Assembly (NCBI GenBank): GCA_018674495.1
Contig: JABHAA010000121.1
Location: forward strand, 22,848-86,847
Length of the DNA stretch: 64,000 nt
Direction: 5' to 3'
DNA from: Rhodospirillaceae bacterium
GTDB taxonomy: Bacteria > Pseudomonadota > Alphaproteobacteria > Rhodospirillales > UBA2165
Made by a program: the position numbers and the translations under genes. Below are positions 11,021 to 22,426 of this stretch, piece by piece. How positions within the stretch are numbered: the first letter of the stretch is position 1; the number at the start of each line of letters is the position of its first letter. Below the pieces are notes generated by a model. It was not told the DNA's origin. It saw nothing but the letters and a program-made list of their open reading frames with translations, and ran no database searches.

Positions 11021-12181
11021 CTAGCGCCCCCGGCGTAGTACCGCCGCACATTGCCGCGCCAGTTCTTTCTGATCGGAACCGCCGAGGGATTGTCCGTTGA
11101 AGGTCAGCCGCCCGCTGGCGATGTTGTATTTGACCTTGCCGACGACCCCATCGCCGAGGTTTTCACCGATCTTGGCCGCCGCATTGTGGGCACTGATATT
11201 GTCCGTGTTAGCGGTTTCCGAAACGGTGGCCGCATCAGAAGCCGCCGTCGCATTTGTGGAGGCCGTATTGGCGGCGGTTAACAGGGCGGCCTTTGACGTT
11301 GCGTCAGTCGCCGCAGCCGTGGCTGCAGTCGCCGCCGTGGTTGCCGCCGCCGCGAGATCGGTGTCGCCAGGATGTTTGGCAGCCTTGGCCGCCGCCGCCG
11401 TTGATGCTGCTGCCGCCGTGGTTGAGGCTGCCGTTGCAGCATCGGAAATGGCTTTGGCACTGTCGGCGGCGGATTTGGCCGCCGTTGCTGCCGATTTGGC
11501 GGCACTAGCCTTGCTTGCGGCGCTGGAGGCGTCAGTGGCGGTCGCCGCCGCCGTGGTTGCGGTGGTGGCAAGGGCTGAGACTGCGTCCGCTTCGGCTTTG
11601 GTTTCGGTATATTCCGCCGCCGCAGCGGTGGCAGCGGTCCTCGCGTTATCTTCTGCAATATCAAGCGCGTTGTTGCCGGGATCGGCTTTCGATGCGGCAA
11701 TGGCGGTCGTTAGTGCGGTATCGGCGGCGGTCTTAGCAGTGAGAGCGGTGGTGGCGAGGGTTTGCGCGGCGGTCGCGGCGGCGGTGGCGGACGTGGCCGC
11801 CGTCGATGCCGACGTGGCGGCAGATTTGGCCTTGTCGGCGGCGATGGAGGCTGAGCTGGCAGCCTTGGCGTCGGCTTCCGCCTTACCGAGATAATTTTTG
11901 ATGTCGAATTTGACGTCAAATGTGATGACGTTGGGGATTTTGATGGGTGAGCCACCATGCAAATCCGCCGGCGCAACCTTGCGCCCGCGCACATCGATGC
12001 CGGGCCGGTATTTAACATCGGCGCGCGCCTGATGGCGGACCAGACGCTGGCAGTCTTTTTTGCCGATAGCCAGTTGCGGGCCCTTGGCATGGGCGGCACC
12101 GGTGCCGGCCGCGAAATACATCGCGCTCACGACCGGGACCAGAATTGTGGATGCGCGAACACAGAATCGCCAATTCATCAC
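11021..12181 (-). CDS. Secreted hypothetical protein with ~240-aa Ala/Thr-rich helical insertion
   Basis: Signal peptide ending AHA|K; globular-looking N-part (C..LVRH..YRPGIDVRGRKVAPADL) and C-part (GRLTFNGQSL..C) flank a low-complexity A/T/S segment. Confidence 0.8.
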   Translation of the reverse strand: MMNWRFCVRASTILVPVVSAMYFAAGTGAAHAKGPQLAIGKKDCQRLVRHQARADVKYRPGIDVRGRKVAPADLHGGSPIKIPNVITFDVKFDIKNYLGKAEADAKAASSASIAADKAKSAATSASTAATSATAAATAAQTLATTALTAKTAADTALTTAIAASKADPGNNALDIAEDNARTAATAAAAEYTETKAEADAVSALATTATTAAATATDASSAASKASAAKSAATAAKSAADSAKAISDAATAASTTAAAASTAAAAKAAKHPGDTDLAAAATTAATAATAAATDATSKAALLTAANTASTNATAASDAATVSETANTDNISAHNAAAKIGENLGDGVVGKVKYNIASGRLTFNGQSLGGSDQKELARQCAAVLRRGR

Positions 12182-12296
12182 ATTTCTCCCATTATTCTAT
12201 TCACATGGGGCGGCTAAGCACGTACGTCATGCGCCGCAGCTTGCCGCAGAAAATAGCAAATCTAAGTTGAAGATCGGTTAAACGGGCGCGCCCGCG

Positions 12297-12857
12297 TCAG
12301 CACGCTTCCTTGATGCCTTCGGATGCCGCCAGCCAGGACGGGTTGTGGGTGGCGATTTTCTCAAAGATGGGGCAGTTTTCCCGGTGCGCGCCGGGCAAAT
12401 AGCCGATGCTCATCAAAAACTCGCCCACAATCTCGCCGCCGACGAACTTGAAGTTCTGGCGGAACAGCTTAACCCATTCGCCTTTATTTTTGGGCGCGTG
12501 GGCTTCGATCCAGTTGGCGAAGCTGCCGTGACTTTCGCGGATGAAGACGATTTTGCGCGCGTTCTCCACCGTTGCCTCGATCTTGCGCCGATTGCGGATG
12601 ATGGAGGCGTCTTTGATGAGGCGCTCAATATCATCAGCATCGAAACCGGCAACCCGGTCGATATTGAAGTTTTCGAAGGCGATCTTAAAGCCTTCGCGTT
12701 TTTTCAGGATGATCAACCAGGATAGCCCGGCCTGAAATATCTCGAGAGTCAGCCGCTCGAACAATACGGACTCATCGGTGACCGGATATCCATATTCGGT
12801 GTCGTGATATGGCCCGTGGAACTGATGGCCGGGGGCCTTGTCGCAATAACTGCTCAT
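12297..12857 (-). CDS. tag: DNA-3-methyladenine glycosylase I
   Basis: YHDTEYG, LEIFQAGLSW, IIRNRRKI, FKFVG, H..C zinc motif. Confidence 0.95.
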   Translation of the reverse strand: MSSYCDKAPGHQFHGPYHDTEYGYPVTDESVLFERLTLEIFQAGLSWLIILKKREGFKIAFENFNIDRVAGFDADDIERLIKDASIIRNRRKIEATVENARKIVFIRESHGSFANWIEAHAPKNKGEWVKLFRQNFKFVGGEIVGEFLMSIGYLPGAHRENCPIFEKIATHNPSWLAASEGIKEAC

Positions 12858-13002
12858 GGGACACTTACTGGTTTAATTTACAGAAGGGGCGCGGGCGGTT
12901 TCTTTCGTCACGGATATGGTATTAGGTCTCGGATTATCCCCTATAAAGTTGTGCATTTGAATTACGTTTTCGTCAATGGACGATTGCAAAATACGCAGGG
13001 CT

Positions 13003-13251
13003 TCAACGCGTAATGCCGAAATCACCAAGGGTGATCAGGTCAAACTCGATGATCGCGTAGACAATCGCCCAGACCACCAGCGCGACACCGGTGTTGATGG
13101 CGACCTTGCCCCACATGCGTGACATTGCCGGCGCGCCGGGATCATTGCCCTCCTCTATATCGCTGTCCCGGCGGACACCGAAGGGAAGCACCAGAAACAA
13201 AGTCATCCACCAAATGATGAAATAGATGGCGGCGCCGGTTACCCAGGTCAT
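13003..13251 (-). CDS. DUF1467-family small membrane protein
   Basis: AIYFIIWW..LFLVLPFGVR and G.DPGAP motif; usual position downstream of rnj. Confidence 0.9.
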   Translation of the reverse strand: MTWVTGAAIYFIIWWMTLFLVLPFGVRRDSDIEEGNDPGAPAMSRMWGKVAINTGVALVVWAIVYAIIEFDLITLGDFGITR

Positions 13252-13266
13252 TCTCTACAAATCCCT

Positions 13267-14934
13267 CTAGACACGGACGACATGGACCGTTGTCAGCGGC
13301 CGCTTGTGGAAAGTGTCACGCAAATGGCGGCGGACGGCGCGGCGGGTCATCTCGCCAATCTCGGCATCATCGCGCCGGTCGGCCTGGCTCATTTCGGCAA
13401 TGGCGGCTTTTGCTTCCTCGGTCAATTGTTGGAGCACATAGGGCGCCTCGTCATCGTCGGCGAGCCCGAGCATAGTCAATTGCGGCGGCGCAGCCATGCC
13501 GCCATCGCCATCAACAATCAAGGTAAAGACCGCCGAGCCGTTGTGCAAAACCCGGGTGCGTTCGCGCACCACCTGGCCGTCGAGAGGTACCAGCCGGCCA
13601 CCGTCCAGGGCCAGACGCCCGACCGGGGCCTGATCGATGATGGCGGCCTTGCCGGGCGCAATCCGAACCACCGAGCCATTTTCCACCAAGACAGAATCCG
13701 GCACCTGACATTCCGCGCCAAGCTCTGCATGTTTTTTCAAATGCCGCTGTTCGCCGTGCACCGGGATCAGAATTTGCGGGCGCACCAGTTGATACATTTC
13801 GGTCAGCTCGCCGCGCGCGGGGTGGCCTGATACATGGATGTCTTCGTCATTTTCCGAGATCACATCTGCGCCCTGCCGTATCAAGGAGTTATGCAGACGG
13901 CCAATAGCCAGCTCGTTGCCGGGAATGATGCGCGAGGAAAATATCACCGTATCGCCCTCACCCAATTTGACCGAACGGTGATCGTCGGCGGCGATACGGG
14001 TCAGGGCCGCGCGCGGCTCGCCCTGACTGCCGGTGCAGATGTAAAGGATTTCGCTATCGTCCATGGCAGCCATCTTTTCCGGCTCCAGGAATTCGGGCAG
14101 AACGGTAAGGTAGCCGGTTTCGCGCGCCGCCGCGTTGATCCGCCAGAGCGATCGTCCCACCAGCGCCACGGCGCGGCCGTTGGCAGATGCGGCCTGAAAT
14201 ATGGTTTTGAGGCGCGCCACGTTGGAAGCGAAACAGGCCACCGCGACCTTGCCGTTGCAGCGCCCGATCACGGTGGTTAGCCGGTCCAGCAGCGCCGCTT
14301 CGGAGCCTGATACGCCCTCGACGAACACATTGGTGGAATCGCCGATGGCCGCCAGCACACCCTCGTCGCCGAGCGCCTTAAGCGTCACCTGATCGGACGC
14401 CTCGCCAATCACCGGATCGGGATCGAACTTCCAATCGCCGGTGTGAAAGATATTGCCGAGTGGGGTTCGGAGCACTACGGCGTTGGGCTCCGGCATGGAA
14501 TGGGTAAGGGTGATCAATTCCAGCTCGAACGGGCCGACGCTGAATTTGCCCTTTAAGGGGATTTCAATGATCTCTACGGGGGCCGGCTGTTTGTCGGCCT
14601 CCAACTTGCGGCGCAACAATGCGGCGGTGAACGGCGTCGCATAAACCGGACAGCGGAGCCGCCCCCACAAATAGGGCACCGCGCCCAGATGATCTTCGTG
14701 ACCATGGGTGAGGACAATGCCCGCCAATTGCTTCAAGCGGTCTTCGATGAATTGGGGGTCGGGAAGAATGACATCGATGGACGGCGTTGTATCGTCGCCG
14801 AAGGTAATGCCGAGATCGATAATCAGCCAGTCGTGTTCATCCGGGGGCCCGAACCCATAAAGGTTGAAGTTCATGCCTATTTCCTCGGCGCCGCCGAGGG
14901 GCACGAATAAAAGCTCGTCGTCCTGTCCCGCCAT
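13267..14934 (-). CDS. rnj: Ribonuclease J
   Basis: PLGGAEEIGMN, THGHEDH, TGSQGEP, HVSGH, PVHGE; ATG at 14934. Confidence 0.96.
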   Translation of the reverse strand: MAGQDDELLFVPLGGAEEIGMNFNLYGFGPPDEHDWLIIDLGITFGDDTTPSIDVILPDPQFIEDRLKQLAGIVLTHGHEDHLGAVPYLWGRLRCPVYATPFTAALLRRKLEADKQPAPVEIIEIPLKGKFSVGPFELELITLTHSMPEPNAVVLRTPLGNIFHTGDWKFDPDPVIGEASDQVTLKALGDEGVLAAIGDSTNVFVEGVSGSEAALLDRLTTVIGRCNGKVAVACFASNVARLKTIFQAASANGRAVALVGRSLWRINAAARETGYLTVLPEFLEPEKMAAMDDSEILYICTGSQGEPRAALTRIAADDHRSVKLGEGDTVIFSSRIIPGNELAIGRLHNSLIRQGADVISENDEDIHVSGHPARGELTEMYQLVRPQILIPVHGEQRHLKKHAELGAECQVPDSVLVENGSVVRIAPGKAAIIDQAPVGRLALDGGRLVPLDGQVVRERTRVLHNGSAVFTLIVDGDGGMAAPPQLTMLGLADDDEAPYVLQQLTEEAKAAIAEMSQADRRDDAEIGEMTRRAVRRHLRDTFHKRPLTTVHVVRV

Positions 14935-14936
14935 GA

Positions 14937-15710
14937 TCAACCGGCGTTCCGCTGATGCAACAGATAGAGCCCGCGTAAAGTAAGGTACTGATCGCAATGC
15001 TGGATGGTTTCGGTGGCCTCGGCAAACAAAGGCGCCAGACCGCCGGTGGCAACAACCGTGAGATCGGCGCCATATTCATCGCGAATGCGCGCCGCCAGCC
15101 CTTCGATAATCGCGACGTGGCCCCAGAAGATGCCAGACTGCATGGCCGACACTGTGCCGGTGCCGATTACCTTGTCCGGCCTATCGACGGCAACCCGGGG
15201 CAATTGCGCGGCGCCCAGATGCAACGCTTCCAGTGATAGGTTGATGCCTGGATAGATCACCCCGCCCCTGTAATCGCCGTTGGCATCTACCACGTCAAAA
15301 GTGGTGGCGGTGCCGAAATCGAGAACCAGAAGCGGGCCATCGTAAGATGCGTGCGCCGCCACCGCATTGCACAAACGATCGGCGCCGACCTCGTTCGGAT
15401 TGTCGATCAGAACTCCAATGCCCAGGTCCACGTCCGATTTGCCGACCGCCAGGGGCGTGCAGTGGAAATATTTCTCGCACAGGGTTTGCAGATGCACCAG
15501 ATTGGCCGGAACCACGGTGGCGATAATGGCTCTATTGATATTATCCTGCGCGATATCATCGCCTTGCATGAGCTGGCCGAGCCAGACGCCGAACTCATCG
15601 GCGGTGCGATTGGCGCTGGTGGCGGCGCGCCATTCACCGATAACCTCGCCATCATCGTCAAAGACGGCGAAGACCACATTGGTGTTCCCTGAATCAATGG
15701 CCAACAGCAT
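14937..15710 (-). CDS. coaX: Type III pantothenate kinase
   Basis: LAIDSGNTN, GADR, DFGTATT, ATGG. Confidence 0.96.
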   Translation of the reverse strand: MLLAIDSGNTNVVFAVFDDDGEVIGEWRAATSANRTADEFGVWLGQLMQGDDIAQDNINRAIIATVVPANLVHLQTLCEKYFHCTPLAVGKSDVDLGIGVLIDNPNEVGADRLCNAVAAHASYDGPLLVLDFGTATTFDVVDANGDYRGGVIYPGINLSLEALHLGAAQLPRVAVDRPDKVIGTGTVSAMQSGIFWGHVAIIEGLAARIRDEYGADLTVVATGGLAPLFAEATETIQHCDQYLTLRGLYLLHQRNAG

Positions 15711-15723
15711 TTACCGGTACTTC

Positions 15724-16467
15724 CTATTCCTGGCCGGCGAAAAAAACATCGCCGGAATCAAGCCGTTCAATCTTGCCGGCCCGATCTAATAGAAGTGCGC
15801 CGCTTTCGTCCAGACCGTGGAAAGCGCCGGAGACATCGCCGTCCGCGCGGCGCACCCGGAGCGGGGTTCCGGGCGGGTGAGATTTCGCCAGCCAAGCCTC
15901 GCGGATGGGCTGAAATCCCTCCTCCCGCCAGCGTCCGTACCAATGCTCGAAGCGGCTACAGAAAGCGGCCAGCGCGTCTTCCGGCAAGGCCGTGGCACCA
16001 GCGGCTTTGAGAGAGGTTGCCGGAAACTCGGTGCCGTCCGGATGCGAAGCCAGGTTAAGGCCGATCCCGGCCACCACCCAGTCAACAGCGCCATCGCGTA
16101 ATGATGATTCCATCAAAATACCGCCAACCTTTTTGCCCGCCGCCAAAATGTCATTGGGCCATTTGAGGCTTAAGTCCAAATTGTTGCTGAGAGATGCTAG
16201 CGTTTCAAGGCCCGCCAGTGGCACTGCGAAGCCGATTTCAGCGGCCCTATCTGGGGCGCAATCGGGGCGTAGCAGAACAGAGCAAAACAAATTGCCGGGC
16301 TCTGATATCCAAAGCCGGTTCTGGCGACCGCGCCCCGCGGTTTGGCTGTGCGCCCAGACAAGGGTGCCGTCCGGCGCGCCGTCTTCTGCGGCCAAGCGCT
16401 TGGCTTCGTCGTTGGTGCTGGCGAGGCTTTCGTGTTCCGCCAGAGTAAACCAGGGCGGGAGTATCAA
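15724..16467 (-). CDS. birA: Biotin--protein ligase (no HTH domain)
   Basis: STND, QTAGRGR, KWPND, KVGGIL, GIGLN. Confidence 0.95.
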   Translation of the reverse strand: MILPPWFTLAEHESLASTNDEAKRLAAEDGAPDGTLVWAHSQTAGRGRQNRLWISEPGNLFCSVLLRPDCAPDRAAEIGFAVPLAGLETLASLSNNLDLSLKWPNDILAAGKKVGGILMESSLRDGAVDWVVAGIGLNLASHPDGTEFPATSLKAAGATALPEDALAAFCSRFEHWYGRWREEGFQPIREAWLAKSHPPGTPLRVRRADGDVSGAFHGLDESGALLLDRAGKIERLDSGDVFFAGQE

Positions 16468-17945
16468 TTGAAAAGCGAAGCCGTCGCCGCCGCTGCGCTA
16501 TCCAGCAACGGGACCGGCAGCAAAATAAAGAACAGGATGAAGATTGAGGACACCACCAGGATGCTTTTCATCTCAAAGCTGACTGGGCCGTCGAACTCCT
16601 CTTCCGGAGCGTCGAAATACATGATCTTGACGATGCGCAGGTAATAGAACGCGGCCACCACGCTTGCCAGGACGCCAATGATCGCCAGGGTGAACAGCTC
16701 CGCCCGGATCGCCGCTTGGAACACGTACAGCTTGCCGAGGAACCCGGCCAATGGTGGAATGCCGGCCATGGAGAACATGAAGATGCCAAGAGCTAGCGCC
16801 AGTGCCGGGTTGGATTTTCCGAGCCCTGCGAGGGCTGAGATATCTTCAACATGACGTCCCTGGCGGCGCATCAAAAGGATACAGGCAAAGGTGCCGATAT
16901 TCATAAACATATAAATAGCGAGGTAGACCAGCATGCCTTCGACGCCGCTGGCGCTGATTTCGGCATCGCCGGAATGGCCGGCCGCTGCCAGACCGATCAG
17001 CGCATAACCCATATTACCGATGGACGAATAGGCCATCAGCCGCTTGATGTTGGTCTGGTTGATGGCGGCAAAGGCGCCGAGCAGCATGGAAGCCACCGAA
17101 ATGAATATGATCACCTGCTGCCACTGGTCACTCAAATCGCCGAACGGGCCGACCATGATGCGGATGAACAATGCCATGGCCGCGATCTTCGGTGCCACCG
17201 CGAACAAGGCCGTGACCGGTGTCGGCGCGCCTTCATAGACGTCCGGCGTCCACATATGGAAAGGCACGGCGGACACCTTGAACGCCAATCCGGCGATGAT
17301 GAAGACAATACCGATGGTAACGCCTAGCGGCACTCCATGTTCTGCGTCGCCGTGGAACAGTTTGGCCAATGCATCGAACCCGGTGGAGCCGGAAAAGCCG
17401 TAAACGAGGCTCATGCCATAGAGCAACAAACCCGACGCCAATGCGCCGAGGACAAAATATTTGAGCCCGGCTTCCGCCGAACGGCTGCTGTCCCGCTGGA
17501 AAGATGCGATCACATAGAGCGATAGGCTCTGCAATTCAATGCCGAGATAGAGCGCGATCAAATCGTTGGCCGAAATCATCATCAGCATGCCGAGGGCGGC
17601 AAGCACCACGAGAACCGGAAATTCGAAGCGGAATATTTTGTTTGTTTCGAGATATTCGCGGCTCATCAAAATGGCCGCCGCCGCCGACAGCAGAACCAGC
17701 GCCTTCATATAAACCGCGAAGGTATCGACAATGAAGGTGCCGCCGAAGGTAACGGCACGCCCATCGGTAACCAGCCCCACCATGACAATGGTGAACAGCA
17801 AAACCAGGATCGATGCATAAGACACCGTGCGCGCGGCGGCGCTTTCCCGTGAAAAGACGCCGAGCATCAATAAAACCATGGCGGCAGCGGCGAGAAATAT
17901 CTCCGGCAAGGCCAGGGTCAGATCGGGGAATGCCAATTGGGTCAT
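16464..17945 (-). CDS. nuoN: NADH-quinone oxidoreductase subunit N
   Basis: EAGLKYF, FKVSAVPFHMWTPDVYEGAP; operon order. Confidence 0.97.
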   Translation of the reverse strand: MTQLAFPDLTLALPEIFLAAAAMVLLMLGVFSRESAAARTVSYASILVLLFTIVMVGLVTDGRAVTFGGTFIVDTFAVYMKALVLLSAAAAILMSREYLETNKIFRFEFPVLVVLAALGMLMMISANDLIALYLGIELQSLSLYVIASFQRDSSRSAEAGLKYFVLGALASGLLLYGMSLVYGFSGSTGFDALAKLFHGDAEHGVPLGVTIGIVFIIAGLAFKVSAVPFHMWTPDVYEGAPTPVTALFAVAPKIAAMALFIRIMVGPFGDLSDQWQQVIIFISVASMLLGAFAAINQTNIKRLMAYSSIGNMGYALIGLAAAGHSGDAEISASGVEGMLVYLAIYMFMNIGTFACILLMRRQGRHVEDISALAGLGKSNPALALALGIFMFSMAGIPPLAGFLGKLYVFQAAIRAELFTLAIIGVLASVVAAFYYLRIVKIMYFDAPEEEFDGPVSFEMKSILVVSSIFILFFILLPVPLLDSAAAATASLFN

Positions 17946-17955
17946 GTGCGCGCCC

Positions 17956-19473
17956 TCACTTTGCCGCTACCGAAGCGGCGCCTTGAGCCGCCGCCAGCGC
18001 GCTTTCATAACGCTCGATCAAATTTTCCACGGACACATGCATCACGGCCAGGAACGGTTCCGGATAAATTCCCATGATGAAGACAATCAGCAGCAGGGGC
18101 GCAAAGACCGCAATTTCCCGCCCGTTCATATCGCGGATGGCGGCCAGGCTTTCCTTGGTCAATTGCCCAAATATTACCCGGCGATAAAGATAGAGCATGT
18201 AGACGGCGCCCAATATCACGCCGGTGGCCGCCAGCAATGCCACCCAGGCGTTGACCTGGAAGGTGCCAGTCAGCACCAGGAACTCGCCAACAAAACCGGA
18301 CGTGCCAGGCAAGCCCACGGACGCCAACATGAAGACCATGAACACTAGGGCATAGGACGGCATGCGGTGCACCAGCCCGCCATAATCGGCAATCTCGCGG
18401 GAATGGATGCGGTCATAGACAACGCCGACGATCAGGAACAACGCGGCCGAGACAACGCCGTGGCTCAGCATCTGGACAATTGCTCCCTCGACCGCCTGAA
18501 TGTTGGCGGCAAAGGCGCCCATGGTGACAAACCCCATATGGGCCACAGATGAATAGGCGATCAGCTTTTTCATGTCCTCTTGGGCCAGGGCCACCAAGGA
18601 GGTGTAGATGATGGCGATCACCGACAGGGTGAAGATCAAGGGCGTGAAATCGGCGGACGCGATGGGGAACATGGGCAGCGAGAAACGTAAGAAGCCGTAG
18701 CCGCCGAACTTCAACAATACGCCCGCCAGGATAACCGAGCCCGCCGTCGGCGCCTCTACATGCGCGTCGGGCAGCCAGGTATGCACCGGCCACATGGGCA
18801 TCTTGACCGCGAACGATGCAAAGAACGCCAGCCACAGCCATGGCTGCAAGCCCAGCGGGAAATCATGCGTTAGCAGCACCGTCATGTCGGCGGTGCCAGC
18901 CTCGAAAATCATGGTCAGGATGGCAAGCAGCATCAGCACCGATCCGGCCAGCGTAAACAGGAAGAACTTGAAGGCCGCGTAATTCCGCCTCGGCCCGCCC
19001 CAGACGCCGATGATGATGAACATCGGGATCAACACGCCCTCGAAGAAGACGTAGAAGAGGATCAGATCCAGCGACGAGAACATACCCACCATCAAGGTTT
19101 CCAGGACCAAAAAGGCGATCATGAATTCTTTGACCCGCTCGGTGATCGACACCCAGCTCGCCGCGATACAAAGCACCGTCAGCAGCGTTGCCAGAATGAT
19201 AAAGAACATCGATATGCCGTCGATGCCGAGATGATAGGTGAGCCCGAGGCCCGGCATCCATTCCACCTTTTCGACAAACTGGAAGTCGGCGGTGGAATTA
19301 TCGAAATTGATCCAAAGGCCAAGTGAGACGGCGAAAGTGATCAATGATGTCCAGAGCGCGCCGGAGCGGGCATTGCGGGCCACGGTTTCCACATCGCCCC
19401 GGATCAGGAGGATGAAAAACACGCCCAAGAGCGGCAGGAACGTGACGACGCTGAGCCAGGGAAAATTTGTCAT
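17956..19473 (-). CDS. nuoM: NADH-quinone oxidoreductase subunit M
   Basis: [20 protein letters not shown]; operon order. Confidence 0.97.
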   Translation of the reverse strand: MTNFPWLSVVTFLPLLGVFFILLIRGDVETVARNARSGALWTSLITFAVSLGLWINFDNSTADFQFVEKVEWMPGLGLTYHLGIDGISMFFIILATLLTVLCIAASWVSITERVKEFMIAFLVLETLMVGMFSSLDLILFYVFFEGVLIPMFIIIGVWGGPRRNYAAFKFFLFTLAGSVLMLLAILTMIFEAGTADMTVLLTHDFPLGLQPWLWLAFFASFAVKMPMWPVHTWLPDAHVEAPTAGSVILAGVLLKFGGYGFLRFSLPMFPIASADFTPLIFTLSVIAIIYTSLVALAQEDMKKLIAYSSVAHMGFVTMGAFAANIQAVEGAIVQMLSHGVVSAALFLIVGVVYDRIHSREIADYGGLVHRMPSYALVFMVFMLASVGLPGTSGFVGEFLVLTGTFQVNAWVALLAATGVILGAVYMLYLYRRVIFGQLTKESLAAIRDMNGREIAVFAPLLLIVFIMGIYPEPFLAVMHVSVENLIERYESALAAAQGAASVAAK

Positions 19474-19474
19474 G

Positions 19475-21430
19475 TCAGCCTCCCACCACCAGGAACCAGG
19501 TTACCAAACCGGCGATACCCAGCAGCATGGCGAAGGCGTAGTGATAGAGATAGCCGCTTTGCACAGCCCCGGCGCGGCGCGCGATATCGCGGACTGCGGC
19601 GGCGATGCCGTCCGGCCCGACGCCATCGATCAGATCTCCGTCGCCGGATTTCCAGAAGCCGCGCCCCAAAACGAAAGCCGGGCGCACAAACAAAATGTCG
19701 TACAGTTCGTCGAAATACCATTTGTTGAGCACGAACCGGTAGGTGCGGGCAAATCCGCTGGCCAATGCTTTCGGCAGATCTGGCGCAAACATATACATCA
19801 CATAGGCCAGCAATATGCCCGCCAGCCCAACCACCAGCGGCGCAAATTTAACCCACAGCGGCACATGATGGGCGTCTTCCAGGGCCTTGTGACTTTCCAA
19901 AACGAACAGGGAATTGCCCCAGAATTCGGGCGCCGCCTCGCCGACGAAGAAGGTAAAGAGCGCAAAGCCGGCAAAGATGGCGCCGAGGGCCAGCACCGCC
20001 AGCGGGATCAACATCACCTTGGGCGATTCATGCACATGCGCCAATGTCACCTCGTCGGCCCGGGACGTTCCATGGAAAGTCATGATCAACAGGCGCCAGG
20101 AATAGAACGCGGTCAGGAAGGCGGCGACGATGCCCAGCCAGAAAGCATATTGGCCGACGCCGGTATTGGCGGCAAAGGCCGCTTCCAGCACGATATCTTT
20201 GGAAAAGAACCCCGCGAACGGCCAGATACCCGCCAAGGCGAGACTGCCAATCCACATCAGCACATAGGTCACCGGAATCAATTTGTAGAGCCCGCCCATC
20301 TTGCGCATGTCCTGCTCGTCCGACATGGCGTGGATTACCGAGCCAGCGCCGAGGAACAGAAGCGCCTTGAAAAACGCGTGCGTGATCAAATGGAACATGC
20401 CCGCCGAATAGGCCGATACGCCTAGAGCGAAGAACATATAGCCCAGCTGCGACATGGTGGAATAGGCGATCACCCGTTTGATGTCGTTTTGCACGCAGCC
20501 GATGGTGGCCGCGAAGATGGCGGTCGAGGCGCCGACGATCACCACCACATTGAGGGCTATCTCCGACTGCTCGAACAACGGTGATAGGCGCGCCACCATA
20601 AAGACACCGGCGGTAACCATAGTGGCGGCGTGAATCAGGGCGGAGACCGGTGTCGGGCCTTCCATGGCGTCCGGCAGCCAGGTATGCAGGCCAAGCTGTG
20701 CCGACTTGCCCATGGCACCCACGAATAGAAGTAAGCAGATCACCGTCAGGGCGTGGAATTCGCCGCCGAAGACCTGCATGGTGGCGCCGGCTTTTTCGCC
20801 AGCGAGGCCGAAAATGGTGTCGAAGGAGACGCTATCAAACAGCATGAAGGTTGCGAAGATACCGAGTGCAAAGCCGAAGTCGCCAACTCGGTTGACCACA
20901 AAGGCCTTGATGGCGGCGGCGTTGGCGGCGGGCCGGTCGTACCAGAAGCCAATCAACAGGTAGGAGGCCAGGCCAACCCCTTCCCAGCCGAAGAACAGTT
21001 GCACCAGATTGTTGGCCGAAACCAGCATCAGCATAAAAAATGTGAACAGGCTGAGATAACCCATGAAGCGGGGAATGCCCGGATCGTGGCCCATATAGCC
21101 GATGGAATAGACATGGATCATCGAGGAGACCACGGTGACCATGGTAACCATGACGATGGACAAGGTGTCGGACCGCAATTCCCATGAAAATTCCAGGCTG
21201 CCAGAATCGATCCAGGTGAAAATCTCTACCGCCTGGGTGTTGCCGCCGGAAACAATATCCATGAGAGCGAAGATGGCCGCCACCGCCGCCAATAGCATGG
21301 CGCCCGACGTCACCCACTGGGCGGCGCGATCCAGACCGGGCCCCCGATCCTCAGCCCCATGTTTGGCGAAGGCCAAGACGCCGGCGATGATGGCGCCAAT
21401 CAAGGGTAAGAAAACGGCTGCAAGATACAT
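19475..21430 (-). CDS. nuoL: NADH-quinone oxidoreductase subunit L
   Basis: [32 protein letters not shown]. Confidence 0.97.
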   Translation of the reverse strand: MYLAAVFLPLIGAIIAGVLAFAKHGAEDRGPGLDRAAQWVTSGAMLLAAVAAIFALMDIVSGGNTQAVEIFTWIDSGSLEFSWELRSDTLSIVMVTMVTVVSSMIHVYSIGYMGHDPGIPRFMGYLSLFTFFMLMLVSANNLVQLFFGWEGVGLASYLLIGFWYDRPAANAAAIKAFVVNRVGDFGFALGIFATFMLFDSVSFDTIFGLAGEKAGATMQVFGGEFHALTVICLLLFVGAMGKSAQLGLHTWLPDAMEGPTPVSALIHAATMVTAGVFMVARLSPLFEQSEIALNVVVIVGASTAIFAATIGCVQNDIKRVIAYSTMSQLGYMFFALGVSAYSAGMFHLITHAFFKALLFLGAGSVIHAMSDEQDMRKMGGLYKLIPVTYVLMWIGSLALAGIWPFAGFFSKDIVLEAAFAANTGVGQYAFWLGIVAAFLTAFYSWRLLIMTFHGTSRADEVTLAHVHESPKVMLIPLAVLALGAIFAGFALFTFFVGEAAPEFWGNSLFVLESHKALEDAHHVPLWVKFAPLVVGLAGILLAYVMYMFAPDLPKALASGFARTYRFVLNKWYFDELYDILFVRPAFVLGRGFWKSGDGDLIDGVGPDGIAAAVRDIARRAGAVQSGYLYHYAFAMLLGIAGLVTWFLVVGG

Positions 21431-21437
21431 ATGCTCC

Positions 21438-21749
21438 CTACCCTTTCATGATGTGAATGTCTTCGACGGCGATGGAGCCGCGATTACGGAAATAGACCAC
21501 CAGGATGGCAAGACCGATAGCCGCCTCGCCGGCCGCCACGGTCAGTACGAACAGGGCGAATACCTGGCCTACCAGATCGCCGAGATGGGCGGAGAAGGCA
21601 ACCAGATTGATATTCACGGCCAGCAAAATCAGCTCGATCGACATCAAAATAATGATCACGTTTTTGCGGTTCAAGAATATGCCGAACACGCCGAGCGTAA
21701 ACAGGATGGCGGCCAGGGTCAGGTAATGGGCGAGACCGATTTCTAACAT
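21438..21749 (-). CDS. nuoK: NADH-quinone oxidoreductase subunit K
   Basis: [17 protein letters not shown]. Confidence 0.97.
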   Translation of the reverse strand: MLEIGLAHYLTLAAILFTLGVFGIFLNRKNVIIILMSIELILLAVNINLVAFSAHLGDLVGQVFALFVLTVAAGEAAIGLAILVVYFRNRGSIAVEDIHIMKG

Positions 21750-22363
21750 CAGATGCCGCTCCCCGTCGGTACGTCCTTGACCTCAACCGTGTCTTCGGGG
21801 CGCCGATTTATTTGATCGGAAATGCGCTGTTTGTGGACCCCTGAGCGCGTCCGGTGGGTGAGCACAATGGCGCCGATCATGGCGACCAAAAGGATCATGC
21901 CTGCCGCCTCGAAGAAATAGACATAGTTGGTATAGATAATCTCGCCGAGCGCTTCGGTGTTGCTAACCGCGCCGCCTTTTGGGATCGGCGCGGCAAAATG
22001 CTCGGACGCTTCGGGCGAAAACACGAAGCCGCCGAGGACGATGGCCAGCTCCAACAACAGGATTAACCCAATAATGCCGCCGAGGGGCAGATATTGCAGG
22101 AACCCTTCGCGCAATTCGGCGAACGAGATATCCAGCATCATGACCACGAACATGAACAGCACCGCAACCGCGCCCACATAAACAACCACCAGGATCATCG
22201 CCAGGAACTCGGCGCCCAGCAAAACGAATAAAGCCGCCGAGTTGAAAAATGCCAGGATCAGGAACAGCACCGAATGCACAGGATTGCGCGCCGATACCAC
22301 CATCACCGCGGCGGCGACGGTCATGATCGCAAACAGATAGAAGGCCAGCGCCTGAACAATCAT
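21749..22363 (-). CDS. nuoJ: NADH-quinone oxidoreductase subunit J
   Basis: [16 protein letters not shown]. Confidence 0.97.
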   Translation of the reverse strand: MIVQALAFYLFAIMTVAAAVMVVSARNPVHSVLFLILAFFNSAALFVLLGAEFLAMILVVVYVGAVAVLFMFVVMMLDISFAELREGFLQYLPLGGIIGLILLLELAIVLGGFVFSPEASEHFAAPIPKGGAVSNTEALGEIIYTNYVYFFEAAGMILLVAMIGAIVLTHRTRSGVHKQRISDQINRRPEDTVEVKDVPTGSGI

Positions 22364-22426
22364 GCCCGCCTCGACAATATTTGGTTTTGATCTCGCAACA
22401 TTTTCATCATCCTCATGACCGCCCGC

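Noticed and set aside
9576-11024. 482-aa antisense ORF over proS (and similar ones over the nuo genes and dnaE)
   Set aside because: Antisense shadow frames of highly conserved genes
11097-11894. 265-aa Ala/Val-rich plus-strand ORF
   Set aside because: Mirror of the GCN/ACN-rich codons of the minus-strand gene, which has the signal peptide and globular ends
12267-12281. TTGA-N7-TTAA CtrA-like site upstream of the Ala/Thr-rich gene
   Set aside because: Single imperfect match; insufficient without conservation data
13251-13267. Absence of mce between rnj and DUF1467
   Set aside because: Simple synteny variation; the gene may lie elsewhere in the genome
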